Below, piece after piece: positions 12,493 to 24,327 of a stretch of 64,000 nt of DNA. Source of the stretch: Dudresnaya verticillata. Its lineage: Eukaryota. The notes under the pieces were generated by a model, which had not been told where the DNA came from, searched no databases, and worked only from the letters and a program-made list of their open reading frames with translations. The position numbers were made by a program, and so were the translations under genes. Where the stretch lies: NCBI GenBank assembly GCA_977862235.1, contig OZ374557.1, positions 2,108,001 through 2,172,000 of the forward strand. Direction: 5' to 3'. Every line of letters starts with the position of its first letter. Position 1 is the first letter of the stretch.

Positions 12493-12689
12493 GGGGCGGT
12501 ACCATCTCACCCTGGGTGAGAGGGGTGAGACGTTCTGGCATCTGATTGGTCCTCAGCGCCGGTCTCCACCCCTCTGGCGGCGCATCGGTCCCCACCCACC
12601 TCTCCACCAATAGCAATTCGTTATTGCCATCGGTCTCCACCTCCCAATTACTTGGCACCTCCTCATTGGCCCCCTTACCAGTCTCCTCC
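12493..12689 (+). repeat. MULE left TIR
   Basis: Reverse complement of 22638-22843, apart from a 9-bp indel and a few substitutions. Confidence 0.95.
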
Positions 12690-13071
12690 CTGCGCGCTAG
12701 GTCGGCCCTCGGCGTCGCGGACAGGGTGGCAAGTAACGTTACAGTGTGACATAGGTGAATGACCGCTACGATTTTCAAATCGAAATGTTTACCCGCGCTG
12801 GGGCTGTCGATGGTGTCGAGATCATCGTCCTCATCATCGCCCATCGCCCCTCCCCATCATCGCCCATCGACTCTCCCCATCATTGCCCATCGCCCCTCAC
12901 TCCTCTCAGGCATCGCAACGGTGTCCCACCCTCCCTCCAGCTGGCCGCTCGCTCCAGCTGGCCGCTCGTGTGGTACAGCTCGCTCCACCTGCTCAGCCCG
13001 CCGGCAACCACCCACTGACGTGCTGTTTGCAAGCCCCAGCCTCCCTGTAGCTCAGGTGCAGTGCAGGGCCG

Positions 13072-14211
13072 ATGGAGGGCAGAAGAGCTACGTGGCAGTC
13101 CGAAGCTCAATGCAGACTTGAAACCCTTCGACGGGTCACTGAGGCTGGCTGTTTGAGGAGTCAGAATGACCGGCAGATCTTCCTGTCATATTATGACCTC
13201 ACCAAGAAGAAGGGGCTCCCAATGGATAGGAATCATTGGTTAAGCCTAGTCTTCGACACCAAAATGCTTAGTACATTTCTAATGGAAGTATCACTACTCC
13301 AGTTCAAATTTGACGGTTCCATGGTTATCCCAAGACAGGGATTTGCGATAATGCTCCGCACGCAAGCCAGAACCGGGCTTTCTTCGCTACATGAAGCCCT
13401 TTCAAGCTTCTGCGGTGCTCTAGTTCGCGCCAGTAGCACGCAAGACGCTCTTGTTGTCATCCTAAAATGCGATGGTACTCATTGGGCTGTTTTAATCATA
13501 CAGGTCAGCTTCAAGAATCAAATTTCGTGTGAATCCACAGCACAATCGCATGGAAATGGCACCGTAATGTGGGGCGATGGATTAGGTTATTCACCCAGGC
13601 TTGGTGAGGAAAAGGTGCTGGTATCGTTTCTTATATTGCTGCTTCGAAGGGCATTTCCGCGTGTCGCATGGGAGGCATCGCCGCACAACTGGATCACGCA
13701 TCGAAAAAGAATAGGTTACGCAACACAGGAAGATGGATACAGCTGTGGATTCTATATCCTGGCCGCAATCTGTTCTTTGGCAATGCAGAACGGCAGAGGG
13801 CACTTTTCCCACATTCAGGAAACGTTCTACAAGCCATATTACAGCGCGACAATCACGAAATCGATTCGAGACGCTTGTTTGCTCTCTGCATTTCAGGCTC
13901 TCAAGTCTGCAACGGGTCAATCGTCTAGTGGGGCTGAAGCACGCCCGGATGTGTATGCGTACAGGAACATGATGGCATATATCCGCAGTACTTGGAAATG
14001 GCCCCAGAGGAATATTCTACCTCCCTCTATGAGACCCATTATTGTGGATAGCGGCAGTGAGAGGGGCACGGAAGAACGGAGCAAACCTGGCGAGAAGGAA
14101 CATAGCAGGTGGCAATCTCTGAATTCCGCCAAGGCGCGTGCGGCAGATCCACCCGAGCCCCCTCCGCAGGAGAAGGATCCGGAAGAATCCTTCTCCTGCG
14201 GAGGAAACTAA
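13072..14211 (+). CDS. Ulp1/C48-family (SUMO-type) cysteine protease domain of the MULE
   Basis: Catalytic motifs in C48 order: GTHWAVLII (His), WGDGLG (Asp), TQEDGYSCGFYIL (oxyanion Gln, Cys). Confidence 0.8.
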   Translation: MEGRRATWQSEAQCRLETLRRVTEAGCLRSQNDRQIFLSYYDLTKKKGLPMDRNHWLSLVFDTKMLSTFLMEVSLLQFKFDGSMVIPRQGFAIMLRTQARTGLSSLHEALSSFCGALVRASSTQDALVVILKCDGTHWAVLIIQVSFKNQISCESTAQSHGNGTVMWGDGLGYSPRLGEEKVLVSFLILLLRRAFPRVAWEASPHNWITHRKRIGYATQEDGYSCGFYILAAICSLAMQNGRGHFSHIQETFYKPYYSATITKSIRDACLLSAFQALKSATGQSSSGAEARPDVYAYRNMMAYIRSTWKWPQRNILPPSMRPIIVDSGSERGTEERSKPGEKEHSRWQSLNSAKARAADPPEPPPQEKDPEESFSCGGN

Positions 14212-15312
14212 GCATAATTCGCCCGCGGCAACGACGCCCGGCGCCAATAATTACATTGAGAAACGCACGTCGCGACATATCGACGCGCGCGTCGACGCGA
14301 CGATATCATTTGGTGCGGGAACTAGAAAATCGCCACCGCGGATGTCTCATGACTGCATCCCCGGTAATAGTACGCTCCTGCGGTAAGTAAGTCCGGCACC
14401 AGGGCATACATTGGAAACCTCTCCTGAAACAGCTCTGAGAGGGGTTTCAAAGGCCGTCTCCCGCAACACGCTGATGACCGGAACTCTCCATGATTTGAGA
14501 GCATTACTTAACTCCTGGGACAGCGACCACGAGGACGAAACCGCGCCCGAGGCGCCCCACGCCGAATCCAGGCGTCGTCGCGGCACTCCCAGCCCTTCCC
14601 TTGGCGAAAATTCGGTAGTGGCAGCGGCATCACCTCTACTCCATTCAAAAGAGGCTTCGCCCCCCATTCCGCAGCTGTCGGCCCAGCTAGCCCCTAGCCT
14701 CCTCCCACCCATGGAAGGCTCAGAGCGGCAAAGGACAGAGAAGAAGGCCGTATTCCACCTACTAGGTCGCACAATGAACTGTGCAGAGTATGCCGCGGAA
14801 TTTGCCAGAACCGGCTTCTACTTCGGAAAGACCTACATGCGCCCTTGTAAGGATGGTATTCATGATTGGGAGGTGCGATTTCGATGTCTCCCTGAGGAGA
14901 CACCAGTTGGGGGCACAAATGCCAGGTATCTTTCGTTTGTGACCACCGCAAAGATGGACACGGATGGGACGTTTGGGCTGGGTGCCAAAACATTCACGAT
15001 CAGCATGTCCATCCCGCAGAGCCTCATTATGAAAGGCATTCGTATGAGAAGAGGTTGGAGGCATTCTATAAGAGCAAAACACTCAGGGAACTGCTTGGAG
15101 TTCATAGTAGTGGCAGTCCGATACTTTCTCAGATTGAAACACGGGTGAAAGACACCCCTTCGATCAACTCCAGGCCAGACAGAGCATTTATTCTGCCAAT
15201 ACCACCCAGTTCTTCTTCGGGGGCCGTAAGTGGGAGTATGATTCCATCTGCAGTTACAGAACCCAAACGAATACAGGTTTCTAGTACTGATTCTGTCGAT
15301 ATTGTCGACTAG
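14138..15312 (+). pseudogene. Disrupted linker coding region between the Ulp1 domain and the transposase
   Basis: 14138-14386 and 14411-15148 share a frame across one TAA; 15055-15312 is in frame with the transposase across one TAG. Confidence 0.5.
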
Positions 15313-15333
15313 GAGGACTCTGAGAGCTTAGGT

Positions 15334-18300
15334 ATGAATGTATTAAGCCCACCACAATCCCAGGTCCCGGGTTCCGGAGGCTCTAATCCAGGACCTACTA
15401 CCGAACGTGAGGAGTTGTCTTCGCCTTCCCTGCTTTTCGAGCCCTGTTCAAGCCCGACCGAGGATCTCAAAGCTTGTATTGAGATATTCATGTTATCTTG
15501 TACGCCTGGTAAACGGGGTTCAGAGGTGCGGAGGGACCTCGAGTTCATCTGCATTAGTTTTGGACTGGACATGAAGTTGAAGCGCTCTCACTGGGATGAG
15601 ATTGATGGATCAAAAGAGATGAACCGTTGTTTCTACACTTGCGCCAGAGAACATGTGGACAACTGTCCTTTCTGGTTCCGTTTGAATAGCTCATGGGAAA
15701 GGCGGGACGATGCCGACTCACTGGGGGGCGATGTTTCAATGCGAAGAGTTCGCAAATACAACATCATTATCCCTGACATCAATCACTCGCACCAACCTAT
15801 AGTGTCCCCCAAGCTCAAATATGCCTTACCTAGCTCTATATTCAAAGAAGCGGAGGATATGCACAACGCAGCTTTTGTGAGCTTTTCCGACGTTGTTCGA
15901 TTTCTGGAGCACAAGTACGGTTTCCTGGTGGACAGTCGCCGTCTACAGAGAAAGCTTTCAAGACAAGTTTCGATTGCAAACCCGAAGGAGCTATCTGCAA
16001 TGCGGTTAGTTCAAAACCTCATGAACATCTGCAATGAGGATCAAGGGTCTTACTGCCGTCTTTCACGCATTGATGAGTCCGGGAGGCTGCACGCAATCGT
16101 TTGGGCCTTCTCTGAGCGGAGAGCAGATTATTTCCAGTTCGGGGTTGTCCCTGGGATATCGGTGGACTGCAAGTATAAAGGGAATGAGTTCTTCATGAAC
16201 CTTATCACCTTTAACGGTAGGACGAGCTGCGGCAAGATCTTCACAGTGATGATGGGTTTTATATCGGATGAAACGGTAGAGACCTTCCGCTGGGTGTTCA
16301 ACGAGTTCAAATATTGCTACTCGGGTATAGTCCCTTGCATCATTGCGATGGACCAGGACGCCGCCTGTATGTCCGCATGTCGTACTATACTACCGACAAC
16401 CTACGTTACGTTGGATGAATGGCACGTGAACCAAAATCAAAAAGGTAACGTGATGGCTTATCTCCAGAAGGGCAAGAGACCTGATCTCTATAAGGACATG
16501 GCAAGAGATTTATTCAAAATGCGAAGGGCATCCTCCGCGTCATCCTTTGAGCAGCACCGCAATGCGTTTGAGCGAACATACTTTACTGCTTTGGGAGCAG
16601 AAGGAGTGCCGAGGTGGTATTTGACGTTGTGTCATAAGAACGCTAGCGCTCTGATGGATTGCTACAACAAAAGTGCTTGTGAACCGCGATTTCTGTTCCA
16701 GAGAAGCGGGTATACGGAGTCTTCGAACTCTGAGTACCGTTCGGCAATATGTGGCAGGAAGGTATCAATGGATTTGATTCCATCCGTTGTGCGTCAGATC
16801 ACCCGGAAGCGGCGAGAAATGCGACTAAGCGAAAGGATGAAGAATAGATCTTCCACGTACTGTCTCAAGTTCTCACCCGCATTAGGTCTTGAAGGTGCAG
16901 CTATTGAATCATTCTGCAACCGTTTCACGAAGTACGCGCTGGATATGTTTCACAGGCACAGCGTGACACAAATGGGGAGGTATACCGTCCTTGAATCTTT
17001 TGTACAGTTGAGAGACCTTTCAAACACTCCTTTGCATCCACCTGGAGCAAGTATATCCGGTGGGCATGAAGTGGCAGTTTTCAAAGTGGGCTGGAGAGGT
17101 ATCACTCAGACGTCTGCCGCACACGTTGCCGCACAAACCCCCAACCCTCCCCCTACTGCAGCAAGATCTGCTGCCGTAGGCTCCCAACCGCACGACCCAC
17201 AACAAGAAGGGCATACCACTGCAGGAGGACATGCCATTCTAGAGAGCCTTCCATTGATGCCGCAGCGAAGTGCCAACTATCTTGAAGCGATAGTGGGGTT
17301 AAGTGAGCGCCTCTCCAGAAGTCAACAGCGATTTATACACCCCCTGGGAAGTACTGAACTATCTCAAGAGAGGGAAGATTATGGTTTTCAGTCGGCAGGT
17401 ATTCAGTCGGCAGTAGGCCGCGGCAACAACAACGATGAAAATGACTTCCCGCGAGACACGCGTGCTGACTTCGACATTACGTCGGAGAACCACACTCCGG
17501 AGGACCTCGCAGCCGCGCTGGTACAGCTGGACGAACGCCATCCCCTTCTCGACTACGACAGAACGTACGAGGTTGTCCTGCTTCGCACTGAAACAGGAAT
17601 GAAATACAGCTGTTCATGCAAAATGTCGACCAGTACCGGGTTTCCATGCCCACATCTTCTTCGCGTCGCAGGTATGTACGATGAGCTGAGAAGCCGTCGT
17701 GGAGGCTCGGAACTTGGCCGCATATTAGGATGTGCCATTGATTACCCTGCGTTGTTCCACCCTTACTGGGAAAAGGACATGAATAAGTGGACAGAGGAAG
17801 ATGTGCAGCGCCAACGCATGCGAATAACAGAAGACTGGAGAAGACGCAATACAGGGGCGGTGACGGGTGTGGAGGTGGGAACCGTCGCGCGATCAGTTCT
17901 CAACGAGGCGGCAGAGCGTCAGGGTCGCGTTGTTGTTACACCTGCTGAACAACAGGAAATACCAGACCGTGATTATGCCGATATGGACCCCGCCATACTA
18001 GCCAGACTGTTCAGAAGAGAAAACGATTACCAGGAATCGTATGCAGGAGCAACCAGCCTCGTCAGAGAAATGCTGAAGTTAGCGGAAAATCGAGGAGGAA
18101 ACATGAGGACTGACTTGTTCTCCTTCTTCGAACGCGGGTGCCAGGCAATGAGGGATGGGCAATCACCGCTGACGAATAATCCCTGCGCTCAACCAAGGAG
18201 GGCCCCCACAGCGCTTACTGACTTTGAAGCACGAGGGGCTGACGGGGTTACTGTGCAGAACCCCAATGAGGTTCGGGGTCGGCGGGGCAGTAGCCAGCGC

Positions 18301-18405
18301 AGACATAGAATTTCACTTGAGGCTCCGCGTAGACGAAGGCGCGTGGATAACCGAGCGGGCTCGCAAACAGTACAGCAGCCACAACCGTCACAGCCTCAAA
18401 CTTAA
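15334..18405 (+). CDS. MULE (MuDR/FAR1-like) DDE transposase with SWIM zinc finger
   Basis: ISVDCKYKGN, GFISDETVETFRWVF, IAMDQDAA, LDEWHVNQN, YTESSNS, and SWIM CSCKMSTSTGFPCPH. Confidence 0.92.
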   Translation: MNVLSPPQSQVPGSGGSNPGPTTEREELSSPSLLFEPCSSPTEDLKACIEIFMLSCTPGKRGSEVRRDLEFICISFGLDMKLKRSHWDEIDGSKEMNRCFYTCAREHVDNCPFWFRLNSSWERRDDADSLGGDVSMRRVRKYNIIIPDINHSHQPIVSPKLKYALPSSIFKEAEDMHNAAFVSFSDVVRFLEHKYGFLVDSRRLQRKLSRQVSIANPKELSAMRLVQNLMNICNEDQGSYCRLSRIDESGRLHAIVWAFSERRADYFQFGVVPGISVDCKYKGNEFFMNLITFNGRTSCGKIFTVMMGFISDETVETFRWVFNEFKYCYSGIVPCIIAMDQDAACMSACRTILPTTYVTLDEWHVNQNQKGNVMAYLQKGKRPDLYKDMARDLFKMRRASSASSFEQHRNAFERTYFTALGAEGVPRWYLTLCHKNASALMDCYNKSACEPRFLFQRSGYTESSNSEYRSAICGRKVSMDLIPSVVRQITRKRREMRLSERMKNRSSTYCLKFSPALGLEGAAIESFCNRFTKYALDMFHRHSVTQMGRYTVLESFVQLRDLSNTPLHPPGASISGGHEVAVFKVGWRGITQTSAAHVAAQTPNPPPTAARSAAVGSQPHDPQQEGHTTAGGHAILESLPLMPQRSANYLEAIVGLSERLSRSQQRFIHPLGSTELSQEREDYGFQSAGIQSAVGRGNNNDENDFPRDTRADFDITSENHTPEDLAAALVQLDERHPLLDYDRTYEVVLLRTETGMKYSCSCKMSTSTGFPCPHLLRVAGMYDELRSRRGGSELGRILGCAIDYPALFHPYWEKDMNKWTEEDVQRQRMRITEDWRRRNTGAVTGVEVGTVARSVLNEAAERQGRVVVTPAEQQEIPDRDYADMDPAILARLFRRENDYQESYAGATSLVREMLKLAENRGGNMRTDLFSFFERGCQAMRDGQSPLTNNPCAQPRRAPTALTDFEARGADGVTVQNPNEVRGRRGSSQRRHRISLEAPRRRRRVDNRAGSQTVQQPQPSQPQT

Positions 18406-20210
18406 CACTCGTAAACGAAATATGCGATCCTCATACACGCTTACGTACGCGCACGAAAGCGACAGAAGCTTCTGGTAGGTGGAGACGAGGTGGAGACAGA
18501 GACCCATCTTAGGCTTAGGCTTACTATAGTACGCACTTGGGATATAGTATGGTCTCCACATCATGCCCACTTAGTCTCCAATTACGTGACAATGTATCCA
18601 TCTCGTCCTTACTTGCGTTCTCGCAAGTGCACGAAAGTGCCGTGGATTCCATCGTCCCCATCGTCCCCATGCCAGTTCCGAACTGGCATCGGGACGTCTC
18701 CAGCTCGTCTCCAAGTCTAGCTGCACAGACTACATAGAGCTCCGGGGCTCTCCAGGGCCACCATTGCTTATTGCCTGCACAAGGTTTTCAATTTACAAGA
18801 GCTGATCACCTCTGCACGTCGACATGCAAGTGCTGTAGTGGTCCTTATCCCCAAAGGTGGTCTCTACCGCATCCACGTCTACATTGCAACGAACTACTTA
18901 CGATATTACTCGTTTGTAGTGGAAGACTCTTTCGCCTTAGCGCCACGGGTGCGACCGCGTCGCGGACGCAAAGACTTCCCAACAGAATTCGAGGCGCTTT
19001 CGTCATCACGAGATCGCGTATCATCCTGTTTCGACCCGCTCGCATGGCGAAGAGCATCTTTAGGAGTTCCCTCCTCCTTATTCCTATGCGAAGAATCTTC
19101 CGTTGCTGTCTTAGCAGCACTGTTTCGAATCGGGTTTTTCGGCACTTTGACCGGGACGGAGCGCAGCACAGGATCCTTAAGTTTGACAACATCTGCCTTT
19201 TCCCCCATGTCCGCAGTTGTCTTTGCAGTGTCCTTGCCATCGGGCCGGGCTGGGGCTCTCTTTGCCCCTGTACACACAGCCCCATCATCTGCCTTTCCCG
19301 TACCATCATTATTGGCATTGACTTCGTGAAGCGAGGGAGTTCCATACAATGCCTGTGCCTCGCTGGCTCCAGCTTGGGATCGCAGCCCAGGGGTGGAATG
19401 GCCCTTACAAGTGGCATTCCCATCCGGCTCGGGGGTTTTGCGTGCCAGCGCAGAGGCCTGCACCATTATGATCGGCGCAGCACCTGTAGCTTCTCCAGTT
19501 CCACCGCTGGAGTCATCGGGGACTTCAACTGCTGGTATCTTACCCTCCGGTTCAGGGCGAGGAGGACGCTCCTGCGTGGCTTGGGCAGAAAACCCACCAG
19601 TCTGAGCCAGTTGAATCATCGTGAAGATGCGGCGAGTTAGCTCAATATCAAATGGGCGAACAGGTCCAGTGTAGTTCAAGCCATCAGCTTGTTGCATAGC
19701 CGCAGCTAGCTGCGATGTCGCGTGCGCAACTGCATCGGCACCTGAAGCTGCAACTGGTGGAGTCGGGGTAGGAGAGGGTTTCGCAGATGCGATAACGGGC
19801 GCAGATGGCTCGAGCGTGGGGGTCACAGTCGCTACCGAAGAGGGAATGGAAGGTGCCGCAACTGACGCAGGAAGACCGTCAGAGGGCGTAAGCTTCCGAC
19901 ATGGGTTCGTCTCAGCATCAGCGGGAGCCGGAATTGCTTCTGAAACAGAGCCGGAGGGTGCAGGGATGGGCTACGGAGGTGATGCGGCGGGCGTAGAGCC
20001 ACAGGGGGTAGCATGGACCGCAGTAGGCGTTTTCAACGCCGCAGCGAGCACTAGAGGTGCTTCATTGGTCGCTATAGGAGCAGAAGCTTGCGTTGAGGGA
20101 GCCGTAGAAGGCGCAGTTGGAGCTGCCGTACAGACTGGAGTCGTACTGGCGATTGCAGTACGGGCAGGAGCTTCAGTAGCAGGCGCAATAATTCTTGCTG
20201 AGGTCGTTGC

Positions 20211-20399
20211 GGCCGGGGCAGGTGCCGCGACGGCCGAACCAGGTAGCGACGCGACGGCCGGAGCAGGTGCCGCAGCACCCGGAGCAGGTGCTGCGACGGC
20301 TGGAGCAGGTGCCGCAGCAGCCGAAGCAGGTGACGCGACGGCCGGAGCAGGTGCCGCGACGGCCGGAGCAGGTGCTGGGACGGCCGGAATAGGTGCCGG
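20211..20399. repeat. ~21-bp minisatellite, ~9 copies (encodes APAPAVA on the minus strand)
   Basis: Repeated GGCCGGAGCAGGTGCCGCGAC-like units. Confidence 0.9.
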
Positions 20400-20609
20400 A
20401 ACAAGTGGTGCAACGGTTGATCCAGGACCAGGAGCTGAAGTCACATGCTTCAGATGCGCGGCGGCCAGGGCAGAGTTCCTCGCCTCTGAGCGGAGCTCGC
20501 CACGAAAAATGCCACCGGACCCGATGAATCCTTCCCGACGGTCTCCGCGGTCAAATCCGCGACCTCTTCCTTGCCCACCCAACCCACCACGTCCACGTGC
20601 AGGCAGTGC

Positions 20610-20672
20610 CCGTCCGCCTCCACGTCCGCCTCCGCGGCCCCCTCCACGTCCGCCTCCACGTCCGCCACCATG
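20610..20672. repeat. 12-bp tandem repeat encoding GGRG (RGG box)
   Basis: CCACGTCCGCCT-like units, ~5 copies. Confidence 0.85.
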
Positions 20673-22637
20673 TCCACCGCTGTGTCCATCACCACGCCCG
20701 CCACCATACCCGACATGGTACTGAGATATGTTCGAGTTTTCCAGAGCAGTAATCGCGTTGTCCACATTCAACGGTTGAATCGCCCGGCCAGTACGCTCAT
20801 CATTGATGAACCACGAAACCACATCCTGCTGAATTATGAGCTTTCGCAGCGTCAGAATCGTGCCTTTTCGGTCAGAAGCCCTTGTGAGCTCCCTAGCGAG
20901 ATGCGAGTAGAACTGCTGATGCAACGACATTCCAAAGCGCCCTAGGCGCCGCTGTTGGTCAGCGAGATCAAAACGCCATCTCCCGGTCCTGATATTGTTG
21001 AAGAACTCCTCCATATCTCTCCACCACAACAAGAACCCTGCGGTTGACTTGTCCAGCATAGCATCCACGAAATCAAGGGCGGGTTCCATTGAGAAGTAGG
21101 AATAGTTCTTCTTCGTCGCGGTGAGATGGGCCAAAACTGGATAGGCCTTGATGATTGATTTGATTTGGTCCTCAAACTAGTCCTTCTGAATGCGGCTAGC
21201 CTTCTCGAGACAGCCCCTGTTGTTGCGCCGAATAGTACGCCTTCGTCGACCGTCATACTCGGTCGGACCTGCTTCCATACCACCATCGTTCAGCAACGAG
21301 TCTTTCAAAGGGAACGCGTCATAGTTGATGAGACCTTCCAGCTTATCGTTCTTGCGCGCAGCAAGGGCTAGCTGTAGCCAGCTTCGTACGACTTGAATTT
21401 CCTCATGCGTAAAGGATTCCCCGCTGATCAGCGGAACACCAGCAGTAACCTTGAACTGCTCCACGCCCGTAGGCACCGAATGGGGCTCTCCATATAGATG
21501 TTCAACCGGAGGCCCTGGGGGCGGTGTTAGGCGAGCTGCAATCCTCGGCGGGCCTTTTGGCGCGCCCCGAGGTGCTTGAGCCCCCCCGTAATAGTACTAT
21601 ATGCCTGAGGGTTAGGAGCCGTAGCATTGCGAGGGGTTGATGCAGGAGAGCTAGATGCCCCTGCATCTGTGATGCGCACTATTTTCTGGGGGCGGGGTGA
21701 GCGCGAGTTATTTCTGCGAGGAGACTGCGGGCGTCTCTCACTACGACGATTACCTTCATGATGGCGATCAGCGCTTTCTTCTGATGATTCGGAACGAGAA
21801 GAGCGTCTTGATTTCCTTGTCTTCCGCTTCTGCTTCTCACCTGCAACATGTGGGTAGGCATACGGGGATGGTGTCACAGATGGGGCTCCATAAACGTGCG
21901 GGTAGGCGGTCGGTACCATGTACGGCGCAGCGTAGTAGCCATGAGGAGTTGGTGCCGATACTTGTCCCGAGTAAGCAGCCGTACCAGAACCGAAAGGCGC
22001 TGGTGCGACATAAGGTAGCGAAGCATACGGTGCCTGCGCCGGGGGCGGTGGGGGTGGCGGGTATTGTGGCTGTGCCGGGTGCGGTGCTTGCACCGCGGGT
22101 GGGTGATACGGTGGCTGCGCCGAGTGCGATGCTTGTACCGGGGGCGGCTGATAAGGTGGCTGTCCCGGGTGCGGGGCTGGCGTAGGGGGCGGCGGGTGGT
22201 GTGGTTGCGCCGGTTGCGGCGCTTGCGCCGGGGGCGGCGGGTATGGGGGCGCGTACGGTGGGTGCTGCCCGTACGGGTACATTTCGGCTTGTCTTGCGCG
22301 TCTGCGCGAGCCGCCAGCTGGGCTGGGTCGGTAGAAGAAGCGGGAGAGGGGGTGGGAGAGATGTAGAGAGAGCACGGATGGGTGGATGACGGTGGTGATA
22401 GCGACGCGGCGCGCTGTGGGTGGGGTACCACGAGCTGGGCGCTTGATCGGGCAGCAGGCTGCGCTTTTGTGCGCGCACTGGGGTAGGCGCGTTTACCGAC
22501 GGCGGCTGGCCTGCTGGGCTGGCCGCCCCCGTTTTGCCGCCCTTTTGGGTCACGCTCCCACGCGTTGTCACGACAAGCGGCGCAGTCGTGGAGACAGGCA
22601 TCGTGGCGGTGACGGCGAGCGCTGGCCGAACGGCGAC

Positions 22638-22843
22638 GGAGGAGACCGGTGAGGGGGCCAATGAGAAAGCGCCAAGTAATTGGGAGGTGGAGACCGATGG
22701 CAATAACGAATTTCTATTGGTGGAGAGGTGGGTGGGGACCGATGCGCCGTTAGCCCAGCCAGAGGGGTGGAGACCGGCGCTGAGGACCAATCAGATGCCA
22801 GAACGTCTCACCCCTCTCACCCAGGGTGAGACGGTACTCTCCC
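22638..22843 (-). repeat. MULE right TIR
   Basis: Inverted copy of 12493-12689, followed by the TSD CAATTGTCG. Confidence 0.95.
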
Positions 22844-23344
22844 CAATTGTCGCAGCAGCCCCTCTCCCGCTTCAATAATTGCACCATTCCCCGCTGAATT
22901 AATTCGGGAGAGCTCTGTAAGTAAATGTAAGGAACGCGGCCGTCGCTCTGGCGACGGCGCCGGCCGCTGCAGTCGATTGATACTAAGTGCTCGGGTTCGC
23001 CGTCCCTCTCTCGTCCGGGGTACGAGGAAGAGAAAGCATTTGATTATATCAGGTGCACGCTAAGGCGGTCAGCCCCGGCTCTCTATTTCAGTAAACTATC
23101 CGTTTTTGACCTTCCCCCATCATGCAGAACAGCCAGTATCCTGATCTTACAGGATACGTTCCGCGTGAAGTGCAGATTCTGTGTACCACGACAATCCGGA
23201 TTCGGTGCACTCAACCTGCACTCTTCTCGATCGCCGATCTCGATCTACCGGCTTCTCCCGCGATCCGACCCGCCGTTACAAGATGCCGCAGTTGACTCGC
23301 ACCCAGTTCATGGAAAGCTTCTTAAGAAGTTAAATGTTGTGAGC

Positions 23345-23637
23345 ATGGCTGATCAGCCAGCCGTAGCTCTGATCAGTGCTGCCAAGTCTACCCTTGAGCT
23401 CTACACAGGCTCCGAAGTTGCCTCGTCTTCCGACTCGACTGCAGCGCAACAGATCTCTGTGCCTGATCCGAAGGATGTGGTCTCTTTCATGCACCTTGTT
23501 CCACCATCGACTAAGGAGATCTTCCAGGATAACGTCTTCGTGACACCGCTCTTCCCGGTGATGATGCTGTATGGGATTGCGAAGCTATACGGTTTCGACA
23601 ATGCTGACGTCACCTACGTCGAAGAGGTTCTTCTCAC
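23345..23637 (+). pseudogene. 5' fragment of an ORF cut by the E2 LTR; possibly the N-terminus of the KDZ gene
   Basis: ATG at 23345 (MADQPAVALIS...); the protein-like frame is cut at the LTR edge and is in frame with the sequence resuming at 45077. Confidence 0.45.
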
Positions 23638-24327
23638 TGTAATAGAATGGCCACGGGGCCAGGTAGAACGGAAAAAACCAGGACACCTGTCCTATGTGTA
23701 GTAGTATGGCCCGTCAAGGCAGAAACCCGCCAACCGGCAAGGACAGCTGTCCTGACGGTGCACAACACACTAGCTTGGGTAGCTCGGGAAAAGGTTGGTA
23801 GAGACTTTGAAAGGCACAGAGCCTAAGGGAAAAGGGGGGAAATGGGCGGCGCCACCCAGCTCGCACAGAGCAACCGTCGTGTGGAGGCAAGGCTCGTAAA
23901 GCACCTGAAAGGGAGGTTACGGTGAGTCCGTGAATTCCAGAAAAAGGGTAGACCCGAAACCCACCTTGGGTTCTATTCAGGAGGCCCCTGCTACTCAGGG
24001 GCCTATTAAGTATACAGAGCCGAAAATGCTCTTACCTCCTATGAGCTATTCTAGCTGTAATTATTAATCTAATTTTGCTGTTGTCAGTTATAAATACGGA
24101 TTAGTGGTAGTACCGCGTCGGGCCGCGTGAGCGGCCACAATTAATTACCCAATGGCAATTTGCCGTCAAATTTGGTGCCAGCAAGGACGCCAGCGGGGCT
24201 CATCATCCTTACATCGCACGGTGCTTGTGGGCGCCTTACAGCTTGATGCGCGTGGGCGTCTTACACCTTAATGCGCACAAATGACTTACAGTGCGCCAGC
24301 ACTTCTGCTGCGGCTCATTCTTCCACA
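23638..24327 (-). repeat. 3' LTR of E2 (~690 bp)
   Basis: Ends TGTAATAGAATG / CATTCTTCCACA (imperfect inverted repeat); PPT GAGGGGGCCG on the minus strand at 24328-24337; 25-bp tandem units at 24227-24276. Confidence 0.75.

Larger units (their letters stand above)
18906..22282 (-). pseudogene. Convergent MULE accessory gene (mudrB-like position): PQY-rich N-terminus, RS tract, globular core, RGG box, Ala/Pro repeats
   Basis: ORFs 21177-21476, 19971-21134 and 18906-19826 are in one frame separated only by single TAG codons; the 5' piece starts MYPYGQHPP at 22282, inside the right TIR. Confidence 0.7.
12493..22843 (+). mobile_element. Complete Mutator-like element (MULE), 10,351 bp, carrying a Ulp1-type protease
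   Basis: ~200-bp TIRs starting GGGGCGGTACC / GGGAGAGTACC; perfect 9-bp TSD CAATTGTCG at 12484-12492 and 22844-22852; MULE transposase inside. Confidence 0.95.

Noticed and set aside
12407..12844. Duplicated small protein, also seen at 22534-22878 and 21837-22790
   Set aside because: The peptide identity comes only from translating the two MULE TIRs
23880..24327. Shorter E2 LTR starting at TGTGGA 23880
   Set aside because: 23638 gives a longer terminal inverted-repeat match and coincides with the break in the flanking ORF
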